Origin: an uncultured delta proteobacterium
GTDB taxonomy: Bacteria; Desulfobacterota; Desulfomonilia; Desulfomonilales; Desulfomonilaceae
NCBI GenBank assembly: GCA_963789265.1
Contig: CAWBKB010000001.1
Coordinates: 96,001 to 160,000 of the forward strand
Reading direction: 5' to 3'
Length of the DNA: 64,000 nt
Position numbers and translations under genes: made by a program. This document shows positions 41,437 through 55,041 of this stretch, piece by piece (position 1 is the stretch's first letter; each line of letters opens with the position of its first letter). The notes beneath the pieces are model-generated. The model was not told the origin of the DNA. It was given only the letters and a program-made list of their open reading frames with translations, and did not search any database.

Positions 41437-41490
41437 TTGACATGCGCTTCACATCAGGTAAACCTACAACATAGGATGAGTTCTTAATTA
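41437..41490 (+). promoter_or_regulatory. Possible katG promoter with imperfect palindrome (candidate Fur/PerR box)
   Basis: TTGACA at 41437; ATAGGATGAGTTCTTAAT at 41471-41488; weak -10 match. Confidence 0.3.
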
Positions 41491-41587
41491 GTGTTATCCG
41501 TAGACTTAACTAAGCCAGGGGTTGATCCCTAATCAAAGGAGGTTTCAATTAATTAGACAGATGGGCACCAAAGCACGACATTTATAG

Positions 41588-43840
<2,253 letters not shown>

Positions 43841-43968
43841 TCGTAGCATAAACGTCTTGGAGGGCTTCTGAAGCGTATTCTGAACTGCAAATCGTATGAT
43901 CGGGAAGCGATACCCGCCACGAATTGACGGATGTTTTGAACGCTCACGGAGGCTATTGGCAAGATATG

Positions 43969-44010
43969 AGGGCGGCGTTTCAATATAATCTGAAACGCCG
44001 CCCTTTCTTT
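43969..44010 (+). terminator. Rho-independent terminator
   Basis: 14-bp stem agggcggcgtttca / tgaaacgccgccct followed by ttcttt. Confidence 0.7.
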
Positions 44011-44069
44011 AGGCCCTTACAGGTTGCCGGTCACGGAATCCGAGTCGGAAACACATAACAAGCGATAAT

Positions 44070-44269
44070 ACTCATCTTCGACAGTGCTCCATTTGTGGGG
44101 CGGACTTTCTAGTCCGTCGAATTTGGAAGAGAAATCGCAGACTGGAAAGTCTGCGCCACAGAAGTAGACCCCCCAAACCGCCGCGCACCCCAAAAAACTT
44201 GGGATTTGTTCCCCCCTTTCGCAAAGGGAGGCTAGGGGGGATCTCCGAATAACACATTGAAAATCCTCC
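44070..44269. repeat. Cluster of REP-like hairpins
   Basis: Arm of the 31832 palindrome; gcggactttctagtccg / cagactggaaagtctgcg; ccccctttcgcaaagggagg. Confidence 0.7.
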
Positions 44270-44436
44270 TATAGCCATTGCCAAAAGTAATGACCTGTTC
44301 ACCACCCGTCACCCCGGTGAAAGCCGGGGTCCGGTCCCGCGAGGAACGCGAGATTGAAAAGACTGAATTCCGGCCTCCGCCGGAATGACGGTGTGAGGCT
44401 AACTTCAATTGGACAAAACTTTTGGCAACGGGTATA
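44270..44436. mobile_element. 167-bp MITE-like element with 19-bp terminal inverted repeats
   Basis: tatagccattgccaaaagt ... acttttggcaacgggtata; internal hairpins gtcaccccggtgaaagccggggtc and attccggcctccgccggaatgac. Confidence 0.65.
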
Positions 44437-44460
44437 CAGGCTAAAGCAAGAGAAGCCCAC

Positions 44461-45228
44461 TCACTTGGGCGTGAACCGTTCATACTGGTCTTCGATAATC
44501 GTTCCTCTCGGTTTCGACTGCTGCAGTATTTCAACCACGGATTTGTGACCACGTGCTTTTGCCCAGTCTAGTGCAGTTTTTCCATCCCTGGCTCTGACTT
44601 TGGTATTAGCTCCTTTCTGTAAGAGAATCTTAACAATCTCGGCCCTCCCAAAGCCCGCGGCCAAAATCAGTGGGGTCCATCCGTCATTTGATTTTGCTTC
44701 CACATTTGCGCCGGCCTTGAGAAGAGCTTCCACACATGGAACGTGGTTGGCCCTGATGGCGAGATGCAGAGCCGTCATCCCGTATTTGTCGGCCAAGTTT
44801 AGTAGCGTGCGGTTCTGTATCAGCAGTTCCGTGACGCCCGGCTGGCCGTACCACGAAGCTTGATGCAGAGCCGTTTCACCGGAATTATCCCGGATTTGAA
44901 GGTTTGCGCCTTTCTTGACGAGGAGATCGACCATCTTGACGTAGCCCCATTGCGATGCCTTGATCAGGGCCGTTGCACCATACTTATCTTTGGCATTTAT
45001 CGATGCACCTTTCCCTAAGAGCTGAGCCACTGCCTCGAGATTGTTGTTATCTGCTGCGAGCAACAGCTCATCTTCCAACTGTCCTTTGCCAAGAGCTGGT
45101 TGAGGTGCGTTCATCAATCCTCTCTGAGGTGGAGCCGAGTGTCGCATCTCCGGTCGGCCCTGGGCAAAAATGGAAACAGTCTGACCGACCAAAGACAGCA
45201 TAAGGACTACAAGCAAAACGTGCCTCAT
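44461..45228 (-). CDS. Secreted ankyrin-repeat protein
   Basis: Signal peptide MRHVLLVVLMLSL; repeats GATALIKA, GETALHQA, GMTALHLA, GWTPLILA. Confidence 0.9.
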   Translation of the reverse strand: MRHVLLVVLMLSLVGQTVSIFAQGRPEMRHSAPPQRGLMNAPQPALGKGQLEDELLLAADNNNLEAVAQLLGKGASINAKDKYGATALIKASQWGYVKMVDLLVKKGANLQIRDNSGETALHQASWYGQPGVTELLIQNRTLLNLADKYGMTALHLAIRANHVPCVEALLKAGANVEAKSNDGWTPLILAAGFGRAEIVKILLQKGANTKVRARDGKTALDWAKARGHKSVVEILQQSKPRGTIIEDQYERFTPK

Positions 45229-45272
45229 ATCATGACTCCCTTCGCGCGACTGGGTTGGCAGTTGGAGCAAGC

Positions 45273-46040
45273 TTATTTGGGTACGAACCGATTACCGCTC
45301 CGAGGTGAGAAAGTATTCATGCCCTTGGTCGCTTGCTCCAGTATTTTCACAATATCCGTATGGCCGGCTTGTCTGGCGTGATCCATTGCGGTTAAGCCCT
45401 GGTTATCCTGACTTTTCGGATTTGCTCCTTTCTTCAGGAGCAAGCGGACGATTTCCGGCTGCCCCCACGCGGCGGCGCAAATCAACGGTGTCCATCCATT
45501 TTGGGTTTTCGCCTCCAAGTCAGCTTGTTTTTCTATCATCAAGTTGGCGATCTGCGACCTGCTCGTGCTAATGGCACTCATGAGAGGGGTCAGCCCCGAT
45601 TGGTTAGGAGCATTCACGTCAGCGCCACGGTCCAACAATATCTGGGCAATGTCCAGATGGCCCATTTCCGCACTCGTATGAAGGCAGCACCAACCCCCGT
45701 CATCTCGAGCATTCACATCTGCTCCCTTTTCCAAAAGGAGCTTCGCCATTTCGGGAAATCCTCCGTACGCAGCCCACTTAAGCGGCCACCAGCCGTCTTT
45801 ATCGCGGGCATCAACTTGAGCGCCTGCTTTCAGTGCCCGAAGCGCCCCTGTCAAATCATCGAATTGCGACGCTTCCAGCAAGCGGGCATCTTCATTAGCG
45901 CCCTTGGTGACAAGGCTGTTCTCGACGAGGCTGTGTTGCCTCTCGGGACTTGTTTGCTTGAAAAGCTCACCGGGCTGTTGCGGGAAGGCTTGCCCGACGC
46001 CCAGAAAAGTCAATAAGGCCACTAAAATTGCGTTACGCAT
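45273..46040 (-). CDS. Secreted ankyrin-repeat protein
   Basis: Signal peptide; GADVNA repeats, GLTPLMSA, GWTPLICA. Confidence 0.9.
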   Translation of the reverse strand: MRNAILVALLTFLGVGQAFPQQPGELFKQTSPERQHSLVENSLVTKGANEDARLLEASQFDDLTGALRALKAGAQVDARDKDGWWPLKWAAYGGFPEMAKLLLEKGADVNARDDGGWCCLHTSAEMGHLDIAQILLDRGADVNAPNQSGLTPLMSAISTSRSQIANLMIEKQADLEAKTQNGWTPLICAAAWGQPEIVRLLLKKGANPKSQDNQGLTAMDHARQAGHTDIVKILEQATKGMNTFSPRSGNRFVPK

Positions 46041-46185
46041 TGCGTTCTCCCTGTCCGATTATTGCGACAAAACCCGGTGACGTACGCCTTGCATGGGTGA
46101 GATCAGGTGAAGCTCGCCACCCTCATTTGAAGATCTACCGGAGAAAGTGTCAATCTGTTTCCTCCACCGGAATGAACGGATTTGC

Positions 46186-46310
46186 TCACCACAGAGGCAC
46201 AGAGTTCACGGAGAAGACCTTTAATTTCACCACAGAGACACGGAGGACACTGAGAAAGAAAAATAAAGGAAAAATAATGGCTTTCTCTGTGAACTCTGTG
46301 TCTCTGTGGT
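46186..46310. repeat. CACCACAGAG..AC.GAG direct and inverted intergenic repeats
   Basis: Two direct copies (46186, 46227) and an inverted copy ctctgtgaactctgtgtctctgtgg. Confidence 0.75.
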
Positions 46311-46326
46311 TATTTTTGTCTTTCTA

Positions 46327-49200
46327 TCACTTCACTTCCCCCACCAAAATAAACGGAGCCCAGTAAAACGGATGCTCATACCCTTCCGACCTGATCTCTT
46401 TCCGGGCCATTTGAAGGGCCTCTAGCCGGTTCTTGCCCTGTTTGATGTAAGACAAGAATTTCTCAGTCATCTTTGTGGTAGATACCTCAGAGACGCTCCA
46501 CAGGCTCATGAGCACGGATTTTGCGCCCGCATATTGAAAGGCCCTGCCCATTCCCATCGTTCCTTCGCCCTTGACCTCACGTCCAAGACCTGTCTGGCAA
46601 GCGGTCAGCGCGACAACATCCGCGCTCAGGTCCAAGGACATCACCTCGGACATTCTCAGGAAGCCATCCTTATCTTTTGGCTGGCCCACAAGAGTCAAGA
46701 TCAGCACCGGCTCCATGATCCCCGGCAAGCTTTCACCCACATAGCCGTGAGTTGCAAATACGACAGTCCGGTACCTATCAAGCTTTTCCTTGAACAAAAG
46801 CGGCTTGGAGGCATGCATTCCCGTAAATAAATCGGTCAGATCGGGCTGCAGCTTCTTCAGCGCCGTACCCAGATCTCCGGTAAGCGGGAGCCTGTTGAAA
46901 ACAAGTCCTGTTTCATTCTTGATGGACATCAGCTTGCCCGAAACGGACGCGAGAAGCTTCTGACGGCGTTTACGCTCCGCTTGAAGAAGACGAGGATCAT
47001 CGGATTGAAATACCGGATCGGCCATCACAAGGGTCCGGGGACCGGTTTTCTTGGTGTGTCCCAGGGTTCTGGCCAGGGTAAGTGCTGTCAGTGACTGATA
47101 ATAGGATATGGGGTTTCTATCCCCAAAATAGGCTACACCTTCAGGGTACGGCCGCGGTCCTGAAGTATTCCAGCCTGTCCCTTCCTTTATGACCAGCATC
47201 TCAAACGGGAGCACTCCGAGCATCCCGTCCGGGAGAATGATGAGGGGTTGACCCTCCGGAATGGATGCCAGAAAATCACCCACGAGCATATCAAACAGCT
47301 TCTTTCCGGTTCCCAGGGCATCCTTGAAGGCCAGGAGATTTTTTGGCGTAATTTCATCCATGTCCAGAGGCTTGCGGAAGGACCGGACGAGTTGATTAAG
47401 CTCTTTCCTGGCAATGGGTTTGAAAAGGGACTTGACCAGGGTTTTCCCTTTGAGAAGCCACATACAGATCCCCGTGTCCGTGACCTGATAGGCAAGAGTC
47501 CACTCATCGGGTTTTACCGCGGTCTGCTCCACATCCATGGGCTGGGGATACTTTGTCGCGGCAAAGAGGGGGTATTCCTTGCGAAGCATATCAATGTGAG
47601 ATTGAAGCTCGCTTTTGACTTGTTTTATTTGGGGTTCAACCGAGTCAATGACCTCGCGGTTCCCCTTTTCGTACCCGGCCTGCCTTTTCTTGATGAGAGA
47701 TGCCAGGTGGTCGTTCAGTTGCAGGTCCTCCTTCAGGACATCTCCCGGGACCTTTACGGTTGCTTCGGAGGAGCGCCTGGACATGGATTCGGCAAAGATC
47801 CTTGCTTTGGTGTATTCCGATTGCTTGAGAGCCTCGACCGGCTTGTTCAGCTTCATGAGGACCCGGGTGAGTCCTTCATAAGGTTCGGTCCTCGCAAATC
47901 CCATTACCTTCACGTCGAAGAACCTGGCCCGTTCAGCCGCGGAGAGACCAGCCCTCATCTCCTCGGATTGATCCACGGCCTTGGTGAAATATTCCGCAGC
48001 CTTGGGATAGTCTTGCATGCCTTCGTACGCGAGTGCGAGACCGACCCATGAAACGAAAAGTGCGGTGGTGTCTTTTCGTTTCTCAGCAAATTTCAGAAGC
48101 CCTTCAGAACCCTCCTTTGCTTTTTGGTAGTCTCCTTCGAGGAGATGATCTCGGACGTACAAGGGGAAGTAGAGCGGCCCGCCGATAATGGATTTGGCGT
48201 ACGACTCGGCTCTCTCAATGTCGCCTAGGTCAAAATATACGTTTGCAATTTCGAATCGTAGGCGAGGGTGAAAGAACCCTGTTCTCTTCCATGCTGCAAC
48301 GGCTTTTTGCAGCATGTCCAAGGCCGCCTTGTAGTCACCTCGCTCAGCCTGTACACGTCCAATCTCTCTCAGCCCAAACCCTTCGCCCTGTGCGTCACCA
48401 ATCTGCTTGGCCAAATCAGCGCTCTTTTGGCAGCATTCAGTTGCCCGGTCGTACTGACCAATCTCGCGGTACACCCTTCCCAGCATAAGAAACGCACTGG
48501 ATTCCTCTCTTGGGCTCCCCGTTTTGTGGGCTATTTCCAAGGACCCCCGGTACGATTCGATTGCTTCGTGGTATTGCCCTCTATCCTGGTAAAGCGCTCC
48601 CAGCATAAGAAGAGCGTCGCCTTCATCCCCCACCTTCCCACTGCTTTTGTAGATGGCCAATGCCTTTGCGCAGAACTGAGCCGCCTTGTCCTCTTCGCCG
48701 ATGTCCCGGTATACGTGCGCCAGTCGCACAAGGGCGTCTGCTTCAATCTCCGAATCCATCAACTTCAGAGCCACACCGAGAGCTTTGTCTAGGTATTCAG
48801 CGGCCTTGCGACTCTGTCCCCAATTCGCGTACGTTGATCCCATGCCCAAAAGACTCTCGGCTTCATTTCTTTTGTCACCGAGCTTCCTTCTGATTACGAT
48901 GGCCTTCTCATAATATTTCGCCGCCTTATTCCATTGACTCAAGCGCTCATGAGAGCACCCCAAGTCATGGTTTGCATCCCCGATTCCTTTGACGAATCCT
49001 ACCCTCTCGAAGATTCTCAAAGTTCGCTCCACCCTCCCCATAGCCCTGTCCAAGTCGTCTTTGGAGTGAGTTTTACTCTCTATCGCCAAACCTTCCCTAT
49101 AAAGCCTCATTCCTTCTTCTTTGGACTGCGCCCACACCGGGCAACTCAGAAAGGTGAAAACATAGCAAAGAGCGGCAAGGACTGGAATTATCTTCTTCAT
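46327..49200 (-). CDS. Signal-peptide TPR-CHAT (caspase-like) protease
   Basis: N-terminal TPRs; ILPDGMLGVLPFEML, FATHG and LTACQTG catalytic dyad, SLWSV, HPFYWAPF. Confidence 0.92.
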   Translation of the reverse strand: MKKIIPVLAALCYVFTFLSCPVWAQSKEEGMRLYREGLAIESKTHSKDDLDRAMGRVERTLRIFERVGFVKGIGDANHDLGCSHERLSQWNKAAKYYEKAIVIRRKLGDKRNEAESLLGMGSTYANWGQSRKAAEYLDKALGVALKLMDSEIEADALVRLAHVYRDIGEEDKAAQFCAKALAIYKSSGKVGDEGDALLMLGALYQDRGQYHEAIESYRGSLEIAHKTGSPREESSAFLMLGRVYREIGQYDRATECCQKSADLAKQIGDAQGEGFGLREIGRVQAERGDYKAALDMLQKAVAAWKRTGFFHPRLRFEIANVYFDLGDIERAESYAKSIIGGPLYFPLYVRDHLLEGDYQKAKEGSEGLLKFAEKRKDTTALFVSWVGLALAYEGMQDYPKAAEYFTKAVDQSEEMRAGLSAAERARFFDVKVMGFARTEPYEGLTRVLMKLNKPVEALKQSEYTKARIFAESMSRRSSEATVKVPGDVLKEDLQLNDHLASLIKKRQAGYEKGNREVIDSVEPQIKQVKSELQSHIDMLRKEYPLFAATKYPQPMDVEQTAVKPDEWTLAYQVTDTGICMWLLKGKTLVKSLFKPIARKELNQLVRSFRKPLDMDEITPKNLLAFKDALGTGKKLFDMLVGDFLASIPEGQPLIILPDGMLGVLPFEMLVIKEGTGWNTSGPRPYPEGVAYFGDRNPISYYQSLTALTLARTLGHTKKTGPRTLVMADPVFQSDDPRLLQAERKRRQKLLASVSGKLMSIKNETGLVFNRLPLTGDLGTALKKLQPDLTDLFTGMHASKPLLFKEKLDRYRTVVFATHGYVGESLPGIMEPVLILTLVGQPKDKDGFLRMSEVMSLDLSADVVALTACQTGLGREVKGEGTMGMGRAFQYAGAKSVLMSLWSVSEVSTTKMTEKFLSYIKQGKNRLEALQMARKEIRSEGYEHPFYWAPFILVGEVK

Positions 49201-49373
49201 GACTCCTCCAGGCAGGACTCGAAGCGGAACGATTCCCTCAAAATGTTAGTGGCAAAAGACTGTTCAAGATGACACCTGTAAACGATTATACGGGCTTCAT
49301 CGTGAAGTAGGTAAAGAATCCCGTGAAATAATACCAGTGCGCCGTCAAACAAGTAACAATCTTAGACAAGATA

Positions 49374-49532
49374 TGGTGGGATAGTCCCGCCCAGGCGGGA
49401 TTGCCTGTCGTCATGCCCGCGTACGCGGCTGTAGGGGCGAATGGCATTCGCCCTGGGCGACCGCCGGTCGCCCCTACCATCCCCGAATTGGAGTACGGGG
49501 CGACGAATGGCAGGCAGGATGCCTGCCCCACC
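49374..49532. repeat. REP-like hairpin cluster
   Basis: gtaggggcgaatggcattcgccc, gggcgaccgccggtcgcccctac, ggcaggatgcctgcc. Confidence 0.75.
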
Positions 49533-49575
49533 AGAAACTCGGTGTCACTTACTTGAAAGCGAATTCGTATAACCC

Positions 49576-50226
49576 CTACTCCACGCCCAATCTCTTTGCC
49601 GGGGCTTTCTTTAACATCTCGGCTATTTCCGTGTACCCGAATAAATTGGCAAATTTTGCCGCATCAACACCTTGACGATCCTTGAGCGCGGGATTTGCCC
49701 CTTTTGCCAGCAGCTCTCTGACTACCGCCACCCTGCCGCTCGTGGCCGCGAACATCAAGGCCGACCAACCCGATTTCTGGGTCGCGTTCACGTCTGCCCC
49801 TTTTTCCAAAAGGAGTTTGACCACATCCGGGTAACCTTCTCGACTGGCCGCCATAAGAGCCGTAATGGCATCTTTGGTCTTAAGATTGGTATCTGCCCCT
49901 TTGTCCAAGAGAAGTTGGACTATCTGGATGAAACCCCGTTGAGAAGCATGAATCAGCGCGGTCGCTCCATTCCTGTCCCTGGCATCGACGCGGGCCCCTT
50001 GGTCCAATGCAGCGCCCACACCCGAGAAGAAGCCGGATGCGGCGTGCCTTATCATCTTATTTTCAGCTTGTCCCTTACTTATCAACCCGGAGAGGATTTC
50101 GGTCATATCCTGCTGGAGCTGGTCATAGGGCAGGGGAAGAGGATCTTCTCCGTGAGAGGGGAGCGCACCAACGAAGACGAACAATATCGCAGCCAACCAA
50201 AGAGCCTGTCTGGCCATGAGGATCAC
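49576..50226 (-). CDS. Secreted ankyrin-repeat protein
   Basis: Signal peptide; GATALIHA, ITALMAAS, GWSALMFA. Confidence 0.9.
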   Translation of the reverse strand: MILMARQALWLAAILFVFVGALPSHGEDPLPLPYDQLQQDMTEILSGLISKGQAENKMIRHAASGFFSGVGAALDQGARVDARDRNGATALIHASQRGFIQIVQLLLDKGADTNLKTKDAITALMAASREGYPDVVKLLLEKGADVNATQKSGWSALMFAATSGRVAVVRELLAKGANPALKDRQGVDAAKFANLFGYTEIAEMLKKAPAKRLGVE

Positions 50227-50279
50227 TCCTTCGGACGTTGTGTGTATTTATCGGCACCCTCCGATAGGTGCTAGCTTAA

Positions 50280-50672
50280 CCCCGCGGGACGCGGGGTTCC
50301 CCCCTTTTGTAAAGGGGGGCAGGGGGGATTTTTGGATAACCTATTGAAAATCCCCCTAAATCCCCCTTTAGAAAAGGGGGACTTTGATCGCCCTCGGCCT
50401 GCATGGACCTCCTGGAAAGGAACGAAATTGCCTTAAGTAAACGCGAATGCGCGGGACGCTGGAATCCGCTGTAGGGGCAGACCCATGTGTCTGCCCCTAC
50501 ATGCGCCGGTTCAAGTCCGGGGTGACGAATGACCGGCAATCCCGCGTTCCGCGCGGGACGGTCCCACCAAGGAGATTGCTTCGCTTCGCTCGCAATGACA
50601 ATCTCTTGCCGGCAGGGACGCCGGCACTACCGTGCAACCGGCACCGTACCTTGTGAAACGCGGTAGTAAGGG
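50280..50672. repeat. Multi-family REP-like hairpin cluster
   Basis: Two CCCCCTTT..AAAGGGGG hairpins, gtaggggcagacccatgtgtctgcccctac, gagattgcttcgcttcgctcgcaatgac. Confidence 0.8.
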
Positions 50673-50673
50673 C

Positions 50674-53600
50674 TTACCTTTTGTGCTTCTTCCACTTCTC
50701 TTTGAGCAACTTCCAACTGGCTTCTGTGGGAGTCATTGATTCCCCTTTCCCGAGAAATGCAGCAGGGTCGACGGTATCCAACACAACCAGCCTGGTAATG
50801 TAATTCGCGGCCGGGGTTGGTGCCTTTTTCTTCTGAGGTAGGATCCCGAGGTCGTCCGCCAGAGCTACCACCGGTCCGGGTCCTTCTACTCCTTTGGGAA
50901 TCGATTGTTTCAACGGTCGATGGGTCGCGACGAGGAGCATTCTTTCAGATCCCGGTTTTCCCGTAGCTTTGAGCGTCAGCCGGCACCACTCGTCGCTATG
51001 CACGAGCTTCGGCTGAGCCCGATCGACGGGAAAAAGCAATTGCAACGCACCGGACGCATCCATCTTGAAAGCATACAGATAAACATCGCGCGACGGCCGA
51101 ACTCGCACCTCGAACGGCTTTCCCAGCGCAAATTCGGGTAATCCGGTAATGTCCGGGCTATATTTGACCTCCAGCGAGGCTGAGCCCCGCTTTGTGAGTC
51201 CTCGGATGCGGCTCAATACGCCAACTGTTTTTATGGATTCGCTGATTTGTTGCGCCAGCGCCTGCGTATTTGTACCGGCGTCCAGCTTGAACCTTCCGTA
51301 GACCTCGTTCCTGTGGTTCATGACAAGGATCTCATTCCCGTCTGTGGTGTCGCCGAAATTGACGGTAACGTCGTCGAGCTGGTTGAAAGAGGTCACAGTT
51401 CTGAACAAGTTGCTTGAGGCAATGTTCCGGTCCACAAGTTTTGCGACAGCCATCATAGATTCGTTGCCCATAGCCTTTACGAGAAGTCTAACGGGAGTCT
51501 TGTCCAGGGACTTTGTTACGGGATGTTTGCCTACCCTGGTCTTGTACATTCCTCTTCCAAACGTCGAAGCGTACAGAGTGTCACCTTTCATGATCAGGTG
51601 CGTCACCGGCGCAAAAGCCAATCCTCTGTTCATGGGTTCCCAGTGCTCGCCGAGGTCGGCGGTGGTATATACTCCTAAATCGGTTCCCAGATAGAGCCTC
51701 TTGGGATCTCTGGGATCGAATATCACAGAGTTGACGGGCAGGTTCGTCGGCAGATCCGAGGTTACGGCCTTCCAGCTTTTCCCACCATCTGTGGTTCGCC
51801 AGGCCTGTTTCACTCCTTGCCTCGTATAAGTGACAAACACGCAATTCGGATCTTTCGGCCTTACCGAAATGCAGCTTATCCACGCACCGCGCGGAAGCGC
51901 ATCCTGCCCGACACGCTCAAATTTGGCTTCCTGAGCATCCGTATCCCGGCACACGAACAAAGCCCCGTCTGAGGACCCAACCCAGACTGTCCTGCTATTG
52001 GAGGGGTCCAACGCGATCCACGATATTGCCACCCAGGGAGAAGGCGCTCCCGCTGTGAGGTTTCCCGAGATGGCTTGCCAGGGGGCCGGAAGCTGTTTTC
52101 CATACGCTCTGAATTTGGTGTTGCGGTAGAGTCGGGTGGTCCCAGCCAGGGCATGATTTCCATCTTTGGGGTCTACGATGAACGGCGCAATAAACAGCCT
52201 GTAGTCCCTCTTATCAATTCCATTGGTGACAAACGCGAATTGATTTCCGTGAAGCCGCCAAATTTGGAGGTGATAGATCGATCCATACTTCAAGCTAGGG
52301 ACCTGCTGATCCCAAGCGCAAAATCCTCCGTCACCTCCGCCTGCCAACGCCCAGTCTTTAGGGTCTCCGCCCAGCCAAACAGGTGTGGCATTGTCCTGTG
52401 CACCGGCAATGATGCTCTCTTTTTGGGGATGCAGCGCAAAATTATAGAATTGGGTAATCGGTAACTGGGCTTTGGACTGGTTCCAGGTGCGGCCCGAGTC
52501 CCGACTTACAAACAGGCCGCCATCCGTGCATGCATAGACTGTCGAGGGCTTGAAAGGCGAGAATTGGATCTTGTGTATGTCCGCGTGAACATAGGAAAGA
52601 TTCCGGCTGTCGAAAAAATGGACATTCCATCTGGACACCTTTTCTACTGTTTTCCCTCCATCTTCGCTCCTGAACAAGTCTATCCCCCCAAGGATTATGA
52701 GGTTCGAATTCTTCGGGTCCACACCAATTGCATGTGCATACCATTGCTGTCCCCCAGTGTACTTTGTTTGCTGCTTCTCGTCGAAATAGGCTAGATAATC
52801 GAGCCCACCCGGAACTCGCCTGTACATTTGCTGCCAGGATGCCCCTCGATCTTTGGACCGGTATAGCGCAAGAGCGCCGCCTGTTTCCGCTTGGCCGGGA
52901 ACTTGCGGATTTCCTATCGAGGCGTATATTGTGCCGTCGCTTGCCCCGATTCCGAGAGCAATCCTTCCCGGCTGCACCGTGAGGTCCGGAAATTGGACCT
53001 TCTTCCAGGAACTTTCGGCGCCGTCCTTGTGACTCACAATGACCGTACCCGGAAGATGAGCCCACCCCTGGCCATAGGAGACGTAAAGCACGTCCGGATG
53101 CGTAGGATCGATGACCATGTCGGTTACCATCCCGCCTTTGCCCTCGATGGTGAAAGTGCGCTCCCAGGTTCTTCCGTCATCGGTCGAGCGCAGAATGCCA
53201 TAGTGATCTCCGACCAGAACAACTCCGGGCCGGGCCGGGTTCGTTACTATCTGATAGATCGGGATCGAGACCAAGGCGGGACCGCCCCCCGCGGTCTTCA
53301 CCGGTTCCCAAGTCTCGCCCGCGTCTTCGCTCAGGAGAATCCCCGCACCAATCGGTCGGGTCGTTCCCGAGCCAAACACATCTCCGCTGCCGGCAAACAT
53401 CTTTGACTGGTTTTTAGTTGACAAAGCCAGGGTATCAACAGTGAGCACGGAGAGAAAATCCCGACTTATGTTCCAGGTCTTCCCTCCATCACCGGTTTTC
53501 CAGATCCCCCCGCCCGGCAAAGCTATCCACATCACGGAGGGATCTTTCGGACGAAAGAGCAGGTCGGTGATTCGCCCCCCCACAAACGCCGGCCCCAACG

Positions 53601-53989
53601 AGGTCCACTGAGGATCGGGGGTTTTTCTGAAATCCTTTATCCTTTTGTCGAGGAGAATCGTGGACTCTTTGGCCTGAAGATAGGCAACGGGATCGAACTT
53701 GCCATTTGCGCCAACCCTTTGTCTGAATCTCAATTCAGCCAATTCCTCAGGGAACATGCCGCGTTGCAGGCGATTCCATTTGGCCTCGGCCTCCTCGCTC
53801 TCGTCCTCGACACCCGGAAGACGAATATGCACTTTTTGGGCCGATTGATTTTCAATATCTCTCGAAGGGAGATTTGAAATAGCAAAATGTTTCAATTTCA
53901 ATTCGGCTGAGCATTCAGATTGCATAAGTGCCGGCGCTAAGAGGACAAGAAACAGCCAGGAATAAGTTCAAGCGAAGGCTCGTGCTCAT
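50674..53989 (-). CDS. Secreted BNR/Asp-box beta-propeller protein with C-terminal DUF4384-like domain; frameshift in the signal peptide
   Basis: Many S/T-x-D-x-G-x-T/S-W boxes; YVHADIH, GAQDN, GGDGG, STFGRG; C-terminal DVYLYAF..GALQLLFP..GSERM; ATG 53989 with GAGG RBS. Confidence 0.8.
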
Positions 53990-54026
53990 GTTTTATGACC
54001 TCTGCATGGCAAAAAAGCAGCAAATT

Positions 54027-55031
54027 CTAACGGCTCTTGGGCTTGCCTGCTGCGCATGGGGATTCGGGAATAAGGCCTTCCACTCTTATGTCCTTTTCAC
54101 CACTTGTCTGACCCATGTTCCAGATCACGACTCTGCGGTTGAACCGATCTATTTTGGGCCAGTTTTGTCGGGCATTCCCTTCCCTGGGAATGGTGGGACT
54201 GAATTTCCCATAACTTACAGGCACAAATTGAATATCAGTAATGCCCCATCTGTTTTTCAAGTAATCTGTAACAGCTTTGGCCCGCTCACCTCCGAGCCTG
54301 CAATTGTACTGTGCGCCTCCTGCCTCGTCGGTATGGCCTTCGACAATGATGGTTGAACCCGAGAAGTCAGAGCCCTTCAAGCCTTTGCCTATTGCGTCCA
54401 GACGCTTCTTGGACCCATTGCCCAGGACGGACTTTGCGATATCAAAGTAGACTTCAAGACGGTTCAATTTCACGCGATCTTTTCTCGCGATGGCCTTATC
54501 CACCGTGAGAGTCTTTTTGACCGTTCCAGGTGAATAGACCACGGAAAAAAATGCTTCGGCGTTGTCAATGAGGCTTTGCTCCAGACCTTTGTTCCGCCGG
54601 TTGCTCAGCGCGCGGTAGATGTTCAAATGGATCAGGGCCTGTTCGGCATTTCCTTTGTCTCTGTAAAGATTGCTCAGCAGCAAATTGGTCTGGGCAAGGT
54701 CCGCCACAGAATCCTCAATTAGCGCACTTCTAAATCGATTGGCCTGAAGGAGCCATTCAAAGGCTTTGTCCGGTTCTTTGCGATCATAGTAGAGCTTACC
54801 GAGCTTATAGTAGCCGTCCGCATGATTTCCGTGCGATGGACAGGTCGCGAACGCTCGCTCGAAAAGATCTATCTTCTCCTGGGGCGAGGATGCCTTAAGA
54901 GCCTTGCGATACATCGCGTCGGCTTCCAGGTATTTCCGGTCGGAACAACCAGCTTGAGCGCAATCCCCGTAAAAAGCAAAGCAGATAAGTGTCACGGCAA
55001 CGATGTTAACGATTCGTAAAAAGGATCTCAT
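54027..55031 (-). CDS. Signal-peptide TPR + OmpA-like peptidoglycan-binding protein
   Basis: VEGHTD, NCRLGGERAKAV, SYGK, NRRV. Confidence 0.88.
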   Translation of the reverse strand: MRSFLRIVNIVAVTLICFAFYGDCAQAGCSDRKYLEADAMYRKALKASSPQEKIDLFERAFATCPSHGNHADGYYKLGKLYYDRKEPDKAFEWLLQANRFRSALIEDSVADLAQTNLLLSNLYRDKGNAEQALIHLNIYRALSNRRNKGLEQSLIDNAEAFFSVVYSPGTVKKTLTVDKAIARKDRVKLNRLEVYFDIAKSVLGNGSKKRLDAIGKGLKGSDFSGSTIIVEGHTDEAGGAQYNCRLGGERAKAVTDYLKNRWGITDIQFVPVSYGKFSPTIPREGNARQNWPKIDRFNRRVVIWNMGQTSGEKDIRVEGLIPESPCAAGKPKSR

Positions 55032-55041
55032 GGAGAACTGC

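Noticed and set aside
44070..50672. CRISPR array among the intergenic repeats
   Set aside because: Repeats are heterogeneous hairpins without regular repeat-spacer periodicity; no cas genes
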